DNA of 63,198 nt, filler included, from Fonticula-like sp. SCN 57-25 (GCA_001724245.1; 8 parts of 8 records of this genome joined end to end with filler, not necessarily neighbours in it); one strand, 5' to 3'; shown: positions 46,583 to 59,684, counted from the whole stretch's first letter. The notes: generated from the sequence alone by a model not told the origin. Program-made: numbers and translations.

Positions 46583-48108
46583 ATGATCCGTGGTTCGTTA
46601 TGGCCGATCCTGGCAGTGATCACGGCCCTTCAAGCCGTCTACCATGTCACCCGTCATGTGATGACAGCCGTTCCCGAGGAAGCCGATCCGTGGCGCTCCT
46701 CCATCGTGGACTCTGTCCCCCCGACGCCCCTCTGGGCGGTACAGTGGACCTGCCCCTCCCCAAAGTTCGTCTACTTTGAATCCGAGTACATGGCCTTTAT
46801 CCTCTCCCCCCTCGTGCTCGTCCCCAATGCGCGCCACTACTTTGCGCAGGCCGTCTGCCTCCTGTACATTGCCGTCATCGAATCGCGCCTCTCGCGGCAC
46901 CGCCTCCCCCGCCTCTTCTGGCTGCTCTCCCTTCTCTTCCTCTCCGTCGCGCTCGCCCTGATCCGCTTTGGCGTCGGCTACGGCTTCTCGCGCGGCTTTG
47001 GCTGGTCCCGCCCGTGGCTCTTCTTCTCGAGCGCCGCCCACGAGTGCGGCGCCGGCCTCCTCCCGCTCGTCATCGCCGCCGTCATCGCGTGGGACGCGCT
47101 GCTGCGCGGCGACAAGTACCAGTTCAGCGTCGGCCGCTTCCGCGTTCGCCTGACCCCCGCCTCGCTTCACGTGCTCATTCTCGCGCCGCTCGTCGTGCTG
47201 CTCGGCGCCGCGTGGTGGAGCGTCGCCGGCGTTCTCACCGGCGTCGCCGCCCTCCCCACCTTTTACGCCGCGGCGCACGCGCCGTCCTCGCGCAAGCCCG
47301 CGCTCCCCCGCGCCGAGCCGCCGCCGCCCGGCCCCCTTCGCGCCAGCCTCGCCGCGCTCCGCACCGCCGCGCTGCTCGCCGCCATCGTCGCCGCCGCCGC
47401 CGCCGCGCGCCACGTCATGCAGCGCGAGCCGCCCCCCACGAGCGCGCAAATCATGTCGCTCGCCGGCGCGCGCACCGCCGCCGTCACCTTCATCGTCATG
47501 ACGGCGCCGCGGCGCAAAAACCCCGACCACCTCTACGACACGCTCGTCTCATTTTTGGACGAGTTTCCCGCCAAGGGCGACGCGCTGAATGGAATGTTTC
47601 GCGTCGTTGTTTTCACGTCGTTTGAAGAGGCAGAGTACGCGCAGTTTGAGACGACAAGGGCGCGGATCGAAAGGAGGTACCCGAGGATGCCGGCGGCGGT
47701 GGTGAGCGTGCAGCCGGGGGAGGGCGTGGGGAGGGAGGATGCGGTGAAGAGTGATACGGTGATTGTGTGGGCGAGAGTGCCGCCGGCGGAGAGGAGGTCG
47801 TCAACGGTGCATCAATCAACAAAGACTGGATTTTGCTACGGCAATCACTACTACGGTGCGAGAAAGAATGGATTTGTGGTCTGTACTAACGGATTGATGT
47901 TATTTTTGTGGTTGTTTTGTGGTTGTTTTGTGGTTGTTTTATGACACTTTTTGGTTGTTTTTGATTGATTTTTCTATTCATTTTTGCACGATTTATTTTC
48001 CAATTCCACCTTACAGCACTCAATATCGACGAGTCTCGGCGGCTCCGCCTACTACGCCGTCATCGAAGACGACTTCCCCCTATGCAACTACGGCTGGTCC
48101 AACCTCCT
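46583..48108 (+). CDS. Multi-pass membrane protein with a C-terminal GT-A glycosyltransferase domain (MGAT4/PGAP4-like), truncated
   Basis: Many TM segments, then VTFIVMTAPRRKNPDHLYDTLVSFL and YYAVIEDDFPLC. Confidence 0.6.
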
Positions 48109-48227
48109 NNNNNNNNNNNNNNNNNNNNNNNNNNNNNNNNNNNNNNNNNNNNTTAATTAATTAANNNNNNNNNNNNNNNNNNNNNNNNNNNNNNNNNNNN
48201 NNNNNNNNTCAACTGCCGCCCACTCAC

Positions 48228-48336
48228 GCACGCCAGACACTCGCTATCCCACTATGCGCGCACGCCAGACACTCGCTAGCCCGCTTTGCACGCACGCCAG
48301 ACACTTGCCAGCCCGATGTGAGCGCACGGCAGACAC
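48228..48336. repeat. ~31-nt tandem repeat x4 (core GCACGCCAGACACTCGCTA)
   Basis: Direct read near the contig start. Confidence 0.8.
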
Positions 48337-49624
48337 AAAAAGAGCAAAAGAGGGCAGACACGGAACACGGCTGCTGCAAAGTCGGCCACGTGGTTTTTTC
48401 TCCATCGAAATCACCCCCAACAATACCCCAGATTTGTTGCTCGATGGCCGGTGTCGTCGACGAGTGGCTCGTCTCGATGGCTTTAGATCGTGTGCTCTTT
48501 TGTTTCTGTTATGCCTCATTGATAAAGCTAATTGATGGGGGAAATTAGAGCCTGTTTGACTCGTGCTCGTCGTACATGGGCCGATCAACGCTGACGCACC
48601 ATCTCCGCGCGTACCTCTCGGGATCGTGCGCATGCCACTTGTCAGAAGCATTCCAGCGGGATTCCAATTGCCTTTTTTGGCTTGCCCACTTGTTGCCTAC
48701 GGTATGCTAGTGTGCGCCCGCGTACGATGGCGAGCTCGTGTAGCATTCGTCGTTGGCGGTTCAAGCGCCTGTGAGTGGCTGCCATCCAGCGCATGAGACC
48801 GAGCGAGTAATTGTCCCACGTTTGTGCGTTTCCTCGGTGGTTTGAACGGTAGACTCCACCCCTGTATATCACTTATAAATAAAGAGAATCGTTCGCTAAT
48901 ATCAATAATTACCCACCTCCCGTTTGCAATCCCTGCACTATCAAAACGCAACCAAACGACGGATGAGTTGTTGTTCTAGAGATGAAAGATGAATAAAAGG
49001 CAACCTTGTGAGACACATTTCATAATAAAGTATATAAATAGTACTTTTGTGCAATTTACAATACAATGAAACAATATTTTATTGTGTACAGTAGAGCAGG
49101 TGGTTATCAGTGAAAGAGTCCTGAGAAAGGTGAGAAAGGGAAATTGCTCTTCATGATTACTTTATTTGATAGGCTAATGGAGTGAAAAACCACGTGGCCA
49201 TAGAGAGAGTGAAATCCCACGTGACCTTCAAAGGACAAAGTCTCTTTCATTTTTTTCTCGTTTAATTATATTGAAACAAAGCAACATACCCGGTCTACTT
49301 TCTATGATACCTTGTTATGACATCACTTCCATATGTCACATTTCCATAGTCAGTTTCGACTTTTTTTCCCGCCCTTTTCCACCTTTAACTGTATACGTGG
49401 CCACTCTATTCGCTATTCATTTCTGTTATAAAGTGGCTCTTTTTGCCCCCTTTTATGCGTACATATCACCAAAATCCCCACTTATTCCCACCACATCACG
49501 TGACCATTCTCATTGCCATTTTATTGACTTTTACGATTCAAAACCCAACTCCACCAATCAAAACCCTCCAAATCATCATCCGACCAATCACAATCGCCCA
49601 TTCTCCTATTCTCTCTACAAACGC

Positions 49625-50666
49625 CTAATGGTGGTGCTTTTGCTCATAGCGGATACCGCAATAGGTGCAGGCGTGTGCGCCATGCTGATCCTGAAATGGT
49701 GTGTCAGCAAATGATGAAAATGGCGGGAAATGTACGTACGAGGTTGATGTAGATGCGGGGGTGGCCGAGGGCGCCGTGGCCTATTATGAGAGGAATGTGT
49801 TAGGGAAAGGGAATAGGGAAAGTATATGAAGAAAGTACTAAAAGACACTAGAACGGTACTATAAAGATACTAAAATGACACAAAAGTGGAAAAAGTGACA
49901 CTAAAATAACATTAAAATGTCACTAGAATGTCACAAAGATGATACCAAAATACAACATTACCTCCACACATTGTACAATATTAGTCTACAATACTATACA
50001 TACTACTTCAACATCACTCTAAGACTACACATACTACAACAGTACCACAACAATACTACATAAATACTACATAAATACAATAACAATATTGATTATACTA
50101 ATGATACACATCATCATTCAACCACATGATCATCTCCCGCCATGTCATTCACTCCATTGCGATCATCCTTCTCTCCCATGTCCATCCCCCACTTCCCCGA
50201 TTCCATCTCATCCCAGTAGACCACAACGTACCACCGTCGCAGACGGCCTTGCGGCCCTCCACCATGACGACCGGCTGCTGGGCGATCAGGTCAATGGCGG
50301 GCGTCGGCAGCGGCTAATCATCCCGGATCACGGGTCAGTCGCCGGCATCCACGATTCCAACATAAAAAAAACAGAGGAAACGCACCTGAGTGGCGAGGTT
50401 GACGCTGAGGAAGCGCGGGCCCTTCATCTGCTCAACGCGATCAGCCTGCACATGCGCATCAAGATGCAAGAAAAAGAAAGGAAAGGCATCGTCAGTTGGC
50501 CGCCATTAAAGATGAAAAAAAGGGTAATGAGGCACGAAAAACGCACCTGGTTCTCGCTCCACGTCGTCGAGGGCGTCTTGACGGACTCGACGACGGGCTG
50601 AGAGGACGACGCGGCGAAGCGCACAGACGAACGCGCGAGGCTCACCGTGGCCCGGCGGAGCATCAT
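49625..50666 (-). CDS. NDUFS6: Complex I zinc-finger subunit NDUFS6/NUMM (fungal type), multi-exon
   Basis: Spliced TWSENQ|ADRVEQMKGPRF...Q|PLPTPAIDLIAQQPV...AVCDG...GALGHPRIYINL...ACTYCGIRY. Confidence 0.9.
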
Positions 50667-50945
50667 CGTGCAGGCAGGTGATATGGTGGAAATAACAAAG
50701 ATACTAAAAGAGAAAATGGTGGGAATAGCAAATACACACATCACGTGACTGTTTCATCGGCGCGGCGTATCTCCTGGAAAGATCTGCTGATCCGATCCCC
50801 TGCGGCATTTCAACTGCAAATCAACGCTCTCTTTTGATATTTTCTCGACCAACCTGCAACCAATTACAGGCATTATTGCACTGCTTTTTTCACTTTCCAA
50901 CTACTTTCAGCGTCGCATTTCGTATTTAATCCCTCAGCGTCGATC

Positions 50946-52396
50946 ATGTCCGTCACTCGCCTGATGTACTCTGTGGCGGGATCCCCCCTTGATGTCCTCT
51001 CGCTTGTCCGCTCCGCGCGGCTCCCCCTCCCCCCCTCCTCCATCCGCCTGCGCTTCCTCGCCGCCCCCATCAACCCCTCCGACATCAATCAGATCCAGGG
51101 CGTCTATCCCGTCCGCCCCGCCTTCCCCGCGGTCGGCGGCAATGAAGGCGTCGCGCGCGTCATCGAGATCGGCCCCGACGCCGCCGCCGCCCTCGCCGCC
51201 TCTGGCCTCCCCCCCCTTCGCGTCGGCGACCACGTGATCCCCGCAGGCAGCGGCTTTGGCACGTGGCAAACAGAAACCGTCGCATCTCCGAATGACGTAA
51301 TCAAAATCGATCCTCGGCTCGACATTGCCTCCGCCGCGACCATCAGCGTGAATCCGTGCACCGCTCTACGCCTTTTGAGTGACTTTGGCAGTCTCCAGCC
51401 GGGCGATGCCGTGATCCAGAACGCCGCCAATTCCGCAGTGGGCATGGCGGTCATCCAGATGGCGCGCATCCGCGGCATCAAGACGGTCAACATCATCCGC
51501 AAAAGGGCCGACAACCCCGACGTGGAAAAAGACCTAAAGTCGCTCGGGGCCGACGTCGTTATCGGAGAGGAGCAGCTTAGGGGTCTTTTCGTGGACAAGG
51601 GGCCACTCGAGAAGGGCGGGATCGTCGGCGGGATCAGGTTGGCGTTGAATGCGGTGGGTGGGCCGAGCACGACGGACATGATGAGGCTGCTCGCGTACGC
51701 AAATTGGGTTTGGGAGGGATGTGATTGGTGGAGAAGGAAAAGAAAGTGATTGTGATTGGTGGAATAGAAAATAAAAGTGTTGTGATTGGTGGAAGGGAAA
51801 GGATGATGAGTAGATGAGTAGTGTGAGTGTAGTAGTGTCAGTGTATGTCAAGTGTATGATGAGTATATATATTTGTTATTGATATATGTATCTATATGTG
51901 TATATTACTGTATATATGTGGATATTATTGTGTAAATCAGTGTATTATTGTGTGTATTAATGTATTAATTAGTGTCATTTTTTTCTTCACTTTTTCTCTC
52001 TTTTTCTCTCTTTTCTTCACTTTTTCTTCACTTTTCTTCTCTTTTTCCCTCTTTTTCTCCCCTTTTCCACGCCTTCTCACCCCTTCCCCCAGTAAACATG
52101 GCACGATGGTCACATATGGCGGCATGAGCAAAAAACCCATCACCGTCCCCACCTCCCAACTCATATTCAACGACATCACCCTTCGTGGCTTTTGGATGAC
52201 AGAATGGAACAAAATTCATCCAATCAGAGAACGACTTGACATGATCGAAACTGTCAGTGAATATTTCCTTAATAGGCAATTGGAGTCATGGGTGAAAGAG
52301 CATGAGTTTGGGGTGGATTTTAGGGGGGCTGTGAGGGAGGCGATGGGGGGGTATAGGCAGAGGAAGCAGTTGTTTGTTATGAAAGATGAAGAATAA
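50946..52396 (+). CDS. MECR: Mitochondrial trans-2-enoyl-ACP/CoA reductase, one ~400-nt intron
   Basis: LAAPINPSDINQIQGVYP, GGNEG, SVNPCTA, IQNAANSAVG, MVTYGGMSKKP, LIFNDITLRGFW. Confidence 0.95.
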
Positions 52397-52793
52397 GATA
52401 AGAAGATTAAGATGAATAAGAAGATTAAGATAAGAAGATTAAGATGAGTAATATGATATTGGTTATGATTATGTATCAGTGATCAATATAGGAATGATAA
52501 TGTATCAGTGATCAATATAGATATGATATGGGAATGATTGTAGTCATTATAGATAGATAGATATATTAAGGGTGTTTGTGTTGGTCATGTGATCATATGG
52601 ATTGTCTATATGATTATATCAATATGGATTGTCTATATAGATAAAAGTATAGTTTTGTCTTGTTTTAGGTCGTATTTCCCTTGATATTGTTCACTTTCAA
52701 TGTACGATATATTATCATGGCCATAAAGCATCTCATATTCATCATGATAGACTGTCCATATCATTGTCACTTATACTATTTATACATACAATA

Positions 52794-54433
52794 TTAATCA
52801 TGATATAACATTGGCACTCTTTGCCCAATATCCATCGCATTCCTCGCACACGAATAGCAAAGATCATCTTCCTGATGCCGATCATGATGCTGATGCTGAT
52901 GCTGATGCTGATGCTGATGAGGCATCTGATGAGGCATCTGATGCTGATCATGATCATCGAGAGACCACATGGCCGTCCTCTTCCTCCACGTGGCCGCACC
53001 CTTCTCTCTCTCTCCACCACACAGCGCACACGTGCCGTTCCCGCCATCTTTCCCGCCAACTGCCGCGATCTTGTCGGCCGTCTTGGCGATCGTGTCGACC
53101 GTAGAGGGGAAATTTGATTGGAGGCCGCGAACGAACATGTCGGTGAGGCACGTGATGCTGCCACGTGGTGCGTCTGGGAAGGTCACGTGATTTGGTGGGG
53201 TGAGGTGGTGGTGGGCGAGGTAGAGGGTGATTTCGTGGGCGGAAATGTCTTTAAGGGGGCGCACGTGACCTGGAGGAGGGTGTTGGTGGCCACGTGGTTG
53301 AGATGAAGTGCTGATGTCATCCTTATGAATATCAAGGCCACGTGGCCCATTATGTTTAATGTTTGTTTCCCGCGCATTCTTGTCCTCATCTTGACGATCA
53401 CGTCCACTATGACGCACATTTTCCCGTTCACCATCACGCCCACGTGGATAACCACGTGGCTCACCATAAGTACTATCAAGAGGAATTGCGGCGCCGCCCC
53501 CCATCGCACACGTGGCCAAAACACGAACGGCCAAACACGTGGATGACTCACCAGTAAAGAGGACATTGCAGCCATGATCACGTGCGGCGCGTAAAAGGGC
53601 GGCGGTGCGGAGGCGCCGAAGAAGGTCTTGTTTGGCGGTGAGTGTGCGTGTGGCGTTAAAGAGTGCACGAAGTGCGTCATCAGGTGAAGATGATGAGGAA
53701 GATGATGCTGAAGTGGCATCTGATGCTGATGCTGATGCTGATGCTGATGCGGCATCTGATGCGGCATCTGATGCTGATCCTGATGCTGATCCTGCTGCTA
53801 ACCCTGCTACTGACCCTGATCCTGCTACTGTTCCTGCACCTGATGCTGATGCCGATGCTGATGCCGAATCCGATCCTGATCCTGCATCTGCTGACAGACC
53901 AGAATCTGAATCGAGCACAGATGAAAGAGGGATGATGATAATGTCCGACTCGGGCGATACGACAAAAGGCGCCGCCGCAGCACGTACATTGTCCACGTGG
54001 TCATGCGCAGTGGTAGGAAAGAGCGCTGTCTCATCCACGTGGACGATCAGCCTGGCCACCTTGAATCGAGCGTGAGCATTCTCTGCCAGTGAGAATCGGC
54101 AGAGATGCAAAAGGGCGAGCGATGAAGGGCCGCCCGAAAAGGCGATCATGATGCGTGGGACGCCATCGAGCGTGCGCGTCTTGCCGACAAGCGACTTGAA
54201 CTTGTATGCCGTGTGGGCGAGCAGGCACGGAAGGCAGTAGGACTGGATCAGATTCTCGGTGGCAGGCGATGTTTTGCACTTTACGCACATTGTGCCGGCG
54301 GGAGGAGCGTTATCTATGGACAAAAACGTTCAGAGACAGTATATAAACGTATGGGGCAGAAGGGGCGCGTACGCATCGGCATGAGCGCCTCGTCATGCTC
54401 CTCATCCTCGCCACGCCCGCACGACGTCGCCAT
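52794..54433 (-). CDS. CTU2: Cytoplasmic tRNA 2-thiolation protein 2 (Ctu2/Ncs2) with low-complexity insertions
   Basis: CVKCK, AFSGGPSS, HVDE, RPLKDI...EI, LQSNFPSTVDTIAKTADK, C-terminal CALC and LCYSC; short first exon at 54373-54433. Confidence 0.9.
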
Positions 54434-54438
54434 CAGAA

Positions 54439-54460
54439 CACGTGACTAATTAGTCACGTG
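54439..54460. promoter_or_regulatory. Perfect 22-bp palindrome CACGTGACTAATTAGTCACGTG (double E-box) in the CTU2/DCTN4 divergent promoter
   Basis: Direct read; lies in the ~55-nt gap between the two start codons. Confidence 0.7.
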
Positions 54461-54488
54461 ACTCGACCTTTGTCGATCCGTCGTTGAG

Positions 54489-55656
54489 ATGTCGACGGCG
54501 GCATCACTTGCGGGATGGCGCCTTTCCTCGCTCACTGTACCGTGCGACTGCGGCAGCGCCACGCACAACATGTCACATTTGTATTATTGCCGCGACTGCC
54601 GCCTCTTCCGCTGCCCCGAGTGCATCCAAGAGGAGGGATTGTTTGCCTACTGCCCCAACTGCCTCACCGAGGAGGTGTCGGCGGGCGTTAAAAAGTCGCG
54701 CGGGCGATGCGCGCGCGGTTGCTACGAGTGTCCGGTGTGCGCGCGGCCGGCGAGAGTGGTCGGCGATAAGGGGAAGGGAGGGTATCTAAAGTGCTACGCG
54801 TGTCGGTGGACATCGACATCGTTGGGGCAGGAAATCAACGCCATGCTCGGTACGGCAATCGGTTCGGAAGCGATTTTGATACATTGATATGTGTTTTATT
54901 TGAAAAGCGTGTGTCATTAGTTGCATGTTGTTATTGTATTGGACATGTTTCTTTGATGCTCGATGCAGATGCTCGATGCGTGACGCGATCTCTAGTGCAT
55001 CTGGTCCTTTTTCTTCTTTGTATGTCTCTTTTCCTATCTATTCTCTTTACCTTGTCACTCTCTTGTTATACACCACTTTATATACACCACTTTCCGTTCC
55101 TTCTACACCGCTTCCCCTTGTTTTCCTCTACCAAAATCCACCCCAGACTAACCCCCAATTAGTCTCGAATGATCGCCCCGCCGACGATCCCCTCTCCGCC
55201 GCCGCCTTTGCCAAGCTCCGCAGCGACATTGAGTCCTTTTCTCTCCAGCACGCCGTCCGCACCGAGCAGCAGCAGGCGCTCTCCCGCAGCACCGCCCGCC
55301 GCGCACTCGGCAGCAGCCGCTCCAACCAGATCGATCTCGTGATGGCGCGCAGCAAAAAGGGCGGCAAGGAGGAGGGCGAGCTCTACCACGGCCTCGAGCC
55401 GGCGGCGGGCGGCGATAGGAAATCAGGAGAATCAGGCAAGAAATCAGGAAAATCAGAAGGTTTCTCGGCATCAGGATCAGCTTTGGCATCGGCATCGGCA
55501 TCGGCATCGGCATCGGCATCGGCATCGGCATCGGGGTCGGCATCAGGATCAGCTTCGGCATCTGCATCTGCATCGGCGACATCGACTGGATCTGTTGGCT
55601 TAGCCGGCGCTTCTCCCTCTCCGCCCTCCCCTGCCGCTGTCCCGCCCGGCTTCATT
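54489..55656 (+). CDS. DCTN4: Dynactin subunit 4 (p62), 3'-truncated
   Basis: LYYCRDC...RCPEC...YCPNCL...RCARGCYECPVC...YLKCYACRWTS. Confidence 0.88.
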
Positions 55657-55756
55657 NNNNNNNNNNNNNNNNNNNNNNNNNNNNNNNNNNNNNNNNNNNN
55701 TTAATTAATTAANNNNNNNNNNNNNNNNNNNNNNNNNNNNNNNNNNNNNNNNNNNN

Positions 55757-56435
55757 GACCACGACGCAGTGGCGCGACAGCTCGCGGGCCAGGAGCGCGT
55801 AGAGGTGCTTGTCGCCGGAGCTCCACGAGCCGCCATAGAGAAAGATGACGACGGCGTAGGGGGGGTCGCTGGCCGCGTGGTCGGCCGGCCACCACACGTC
55901 GACAAGGGGGGAGCCAGCGCCGCCGATCGGGATGTTCTTCCTGAGGGGGGGTCAGCAAAGAAAGAAAATAGATGTGAAAATACACAACAATGGCAATGGA
56001 GACGATAGAAAACATGCGCAATACAACAAAGAAGCGCACCGAACGTTGCTGGCGCGGATATGGTAGTGAAAGAGAATGCGAAGATATGTGAACGTAAGAG
56101 CGATATTCCCGAGGAGCGCGCCGATAAACGCGATCTGGACGTGAAGGATGCGCCGCGGGTGAAGAGGAAGACGAAAATCTGTCGCGCCTGTGCGCGCTGC
56201 AGAAACAAAAAGTCAGCAAAGAATAAAATGGTGCGTGAACCGGCCATGAAAGGCACGAAACAAACATAAATCATGGCAATAACTACTTACAAATTGTCCA
56301 AAAAGTATACCAAAAGTAACAGATGGCGAGAAAAGGCGTACCAAAAATAAAATACAATATCCAGGTAATGATATAAGGGATGATGATGCCCGCGACGGCA
56401 AACTTGCCAAAGAGCGCGATCATCTGGCTAAACAT
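55757..56435 (-). CDS. Alpha/beta hydrolase (isoprenylcysteine methylesterase-like), 3'-truncated
   Basis: LVDVW...AVVIFLYGGSWSSGDK.LY; N-terminal hydrophobic exon from the ATG at 56435. Confidence 0.65.
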
Positions 56436-56476
56436 TTACTTTTTTATTTGTTTGCCTTGCTTTGCTTGACTGCTTC

Positions 56477-57169
56477 TCAGTAGTGCGCGCGGCGGTGATG
56501 ACCCGACTTTACGGACCCGAAGCGCCCGTCGGTGGGCAAGTTGTAAAAGCGTGACCTTGACGGGTTGTACCCTCTGCGGCAAAAGAACACGTCCGGCGGC
56601 AAGTTGGCCTCGGCGAACGCAGCAGCCTCGCCGTCAACCTCTTCCTCCCCGGCCTGCTCTTCGTCCGGCTCCTGCTTGACGCGCCTGGGCTCCTGCTCGG
56701 CCAACGTGCGCTGACGCTTCGCCGCGCTCTCAAAGCCGGGAAGCTGGAGTCTGCGGTGCGCGGCGACCTCCCTGCCGAATCCGCGTACGCTGAGCACCTT
56801 ACAGTGGCCGCGCAAGACCGTGACCTCGTTGATGTCGCGGTGGTCCGAGTCAAAGACCTCTGCCACGCCGTGCTGCTCCTGCCGGCCCGTGTGCGTGTCC
56901 TCGGGGCGGTACAGCCAGCGGACCTCGACCAGGTGACGGTCGTTGGTCGGGCGCGAGCGGACAAAGCGCTCGAGCTGCGCGACGAAAAGCGACCCCGACG
57001 ACGACGACGACGACGAGGACGAGTTCAAATAGACAAAGTCGCCGATGCGGAAGCGAACGCCGTCGACGTCCACAGTACCGTTTCCAATATCAGCGCTGAC
57101 AACGCGACCGCGAGAGCGACTAGATCCGGCGGAGCCTCCTCCCGCCAACCCTGACGCGCCCTCCGGCAT
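56477..57169 (-). CDS. BAH-domain protein
   Basis: FRIGDFVYL, VRWLYRPEDT, EVFDSDH, LRGHCKV, FFCRRGYN. Confidence 0.85.
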   Translation of the reverse strand: MPEGASGLAGGGSAGSSRSRGRVVSADIGNGTVDVDGVRFRIGDFVYLNSSSSSSSSSGSLFVAQLERFVRSRPTNDRHLVEVRWLYRPEDTHTGRQEQHGVAEVFDSDHRDINEVTVLRGHCKVLSVRGFGREVAAHRRLQLPGFESAAKRQRTLAEQEPRRVKQEPDEEQAGEEEVDGEAAAFAEANLPPDVFFCRRGYNPSRSRFYNLPTDGRFGSVKSGHHRRAHY

Positions 57170-57300
57170 GTCACACCGCGAGAAGGCGGCAATGGACTGA
57201 TTCGCACACACAAACAAGGTAATTTGTAGATTTGCGATGGGCCAATCATTGAAGAGCATCCAGTCAATCCTCGCCTACGGGATCAAGCAGGCCAGGCAGC

Positions 57301-58188
57301 ATGGGGAAGGTGCGCTACGGAATCTGGGCGCGCTTCGCGGCGCTGGCAGCGGCCGAGAGTACGCTATAGCTCTTGTTTTGCATTTGTAGTTTGGCACGGC
57401 TGACCATATTCATTGCCGCGTTAGCCTTCATCCTGGGCGGGATCTTTGGTTGCTTTTACCCACTCGCCGGTATCGGCATCTACGCCATCCTTGCTGGCCT
57501 CCTCATCATTGCGTTCGAGTGGCCAGTACCAGGCATAGAGAAAATGGGGGAATTTTCCAACAATTTCATAGTAAGAGCAGTTGCCTACACTGTGTACGTA
57601 GCCTCCCGCGCGCGTGCTTGTTGTCGTTGTTCTAACGGCGCTTTGTTGACTATTTTCTCTGTTGCCCGCCGCAGTCTCGCCGCCCCCGGGTTCGGCATCG
57701 CGCCCACGTACGCCGGCGCGTTCTTCCTTGTGACGACGTCATGCATCTACATCAAGGCGCACATGAAGGGCGAGTCGCTCATGACGCTCCCCAAGGAGGG
57801 CCGCGAGCGGCAGCCAAAGAAGGAGTCGGCGCCCAAGGGCGGCGATCAGGCGGCCGCTCCCAAGGAGACCGCCAAGGCCAAGAGCAGCGGCAAGTCGGCG
57901 GTCGTGCTGCCCGCGGCCCCTGTTGTGCGCCCGGGCGTGCCGGCTGGTTACGGCGCCAAGAAGCGCGCAAACGCGGAGGAGAACGCCGTGTACGCTGCTG
58001 CGTACGCGCCCGAGCCCGCCGCCTACGAGCAGCCGGCGGCTGCACAAGAAGAGTACGACCAGACATATGACCAGACGTACGACCAGGAGTACGACCAGAC
58101 ATACGACCAGGAATACGACCAGACATACGAGAACCAAGAGTACTACGAGGAGGGCTACACTGACGACCAGCAGTACCACGCAGAGTAG
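57301..58188 (+). CDS. p22phox/NoxD-like NADPH oxidase partner subunit with a Tyr-acidic repeat tail
   Basis: MGKVRYGIWARFAALAA, GIYAILAGLLIIAFEWP, NFIVRAVAY resemble CYBA/NoxD; two introns. Confidence 0.7.
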
Positions 58189-58377
58189 CGGCTAGGTGTA
58201 CCGCGCCAACTGGCTGCCAGCGCAATATTGATTTTTGAGGACTTTTTGGCAAGGGATTACGCCGGCGTTGTCTCCCCAACTAGTCATATGTCGATATCGG
58301 TGATCTTTTTTGTTATTTTTTAGCTTTGATCTGCGGCGTTGCCGTGGATATGCTTGCACGAATGTATTCACGCTTTA

Positions 58378-59551
58378 TCATGGCAAAAACGTCTCTATCT
58401 CGCCTGAACCACTCGCGCCGTCAAAGTAGAGGCAGTTGCAGACGACGGCGCCCTTGCCCGACACAGCCTTGACAATCTCCTGCGCGGCGACGCCGCCGAC
58501 AATGGCGGCCACGGGGGACAGCTCAGTGTCGCTCATGGTCGCGAGCTCCCTAATACGTGGGTCAGCCGAGAGTCCAATATAAACCGCGCACGCACTCGAT
58601 AAACTCTGCGGACACGAGGTCGGCGGGCAGCGACAGCCGCGACGCCATCGCCGCCCACACGTCGGCGAGCCCGGCAACGTCGGCAGCGGTCGCCGGGACG
58701 CCGCTCTCGTGCTCAAACTGGCGCAGCACTTCTAGCCCGAAATGGAGGCGCGAAATGCGCTTCAACTGGCGGGGCGACATGCCGCTCCAGTCGCGGTCGT
58801 ACAGCGCGCCAAACGGGCCGTACGTCTCCTGCTTGGTTGTGCGGACCGTCTCGGTCTCATTCTTGGCGGTGGTCGACGGGACCGTGTGCTCCCTAACAAA
58901 AGATTAGAAGGCGCACAAATGAAATTGTGACTGCGCACTCGAGGTATGTGCGGTCGTGCAGGTCCACAAAGAGCCAGCCGTGCTTGCCGCACAGCCCGCC
59001 AGCAAAGAAAAGGACCTTGAGCTTGCGGCAAAGGGCATCCAGCGCTTGCTGCAGGGGAGCGCCGCGCGTGAGCGGCCGACTTTCAAGTAAAGGTATGTGC
59101 GCACCACCGTGAACGTGATGCCGGCCGTCGTCGTGAGGCAGACAACGTCAAACTCGCTCAGCTCGGCCGACGTTGGGAGCGTCATCGCTTGCGTCCACGC
59201 CGTCAGCTGGACGCGCGGGTTCAGGTTGCGCAAGCGTTCCAGCGCTGCGGTCGAACGCTAAGGCATGGTTCAGTATAATTTCAAAAGCGCATGAGAGTAG
59301 CGCACCGCCGTCCCGAGATCGGACTCGCGGAGTAGAAAGTTTGCGGCAAGATCAACCTCTCGCACCGGTGTGCCGTCCCACACCGTCAGTGACCCGACGC
59401 CCGCCAGAACAATGTCCTTGCATATCTCAGACGCCAGTGCGCGCATGCCGATAACGAGCACGCGGCTGCTCTGGAGGCGCTGCTGCGTCTCCAGGCCCCA
59501 TAGCCGGATCTGGCGATCGTACACCGTCGCCTCGTCCTCGGTGATGCCCAT
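58378..59551 (-). CDS. SAE1: SUMO-activating enzyme subunit 1 (Aos1)
   Basis: ITEDEATVYDRQIRLWG, EICKDIVLAGVGSLT, LNPRV, ELSPVAAIVGGVAAQEIVKAVS. Confidence 0.92.
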
Positions 59552-59684
59552 CCCGCCAAATTGGTAATCGATACCGAAACGGTGACATAGCGTTTCCAGA
59601 TTTCTTATCAAACTCTCTTATCGAGACCACCCGCAATTGCTTTTGTCCGGGGGCGCGGGGACAGGTCGCGTCTAGGGCATCGCG

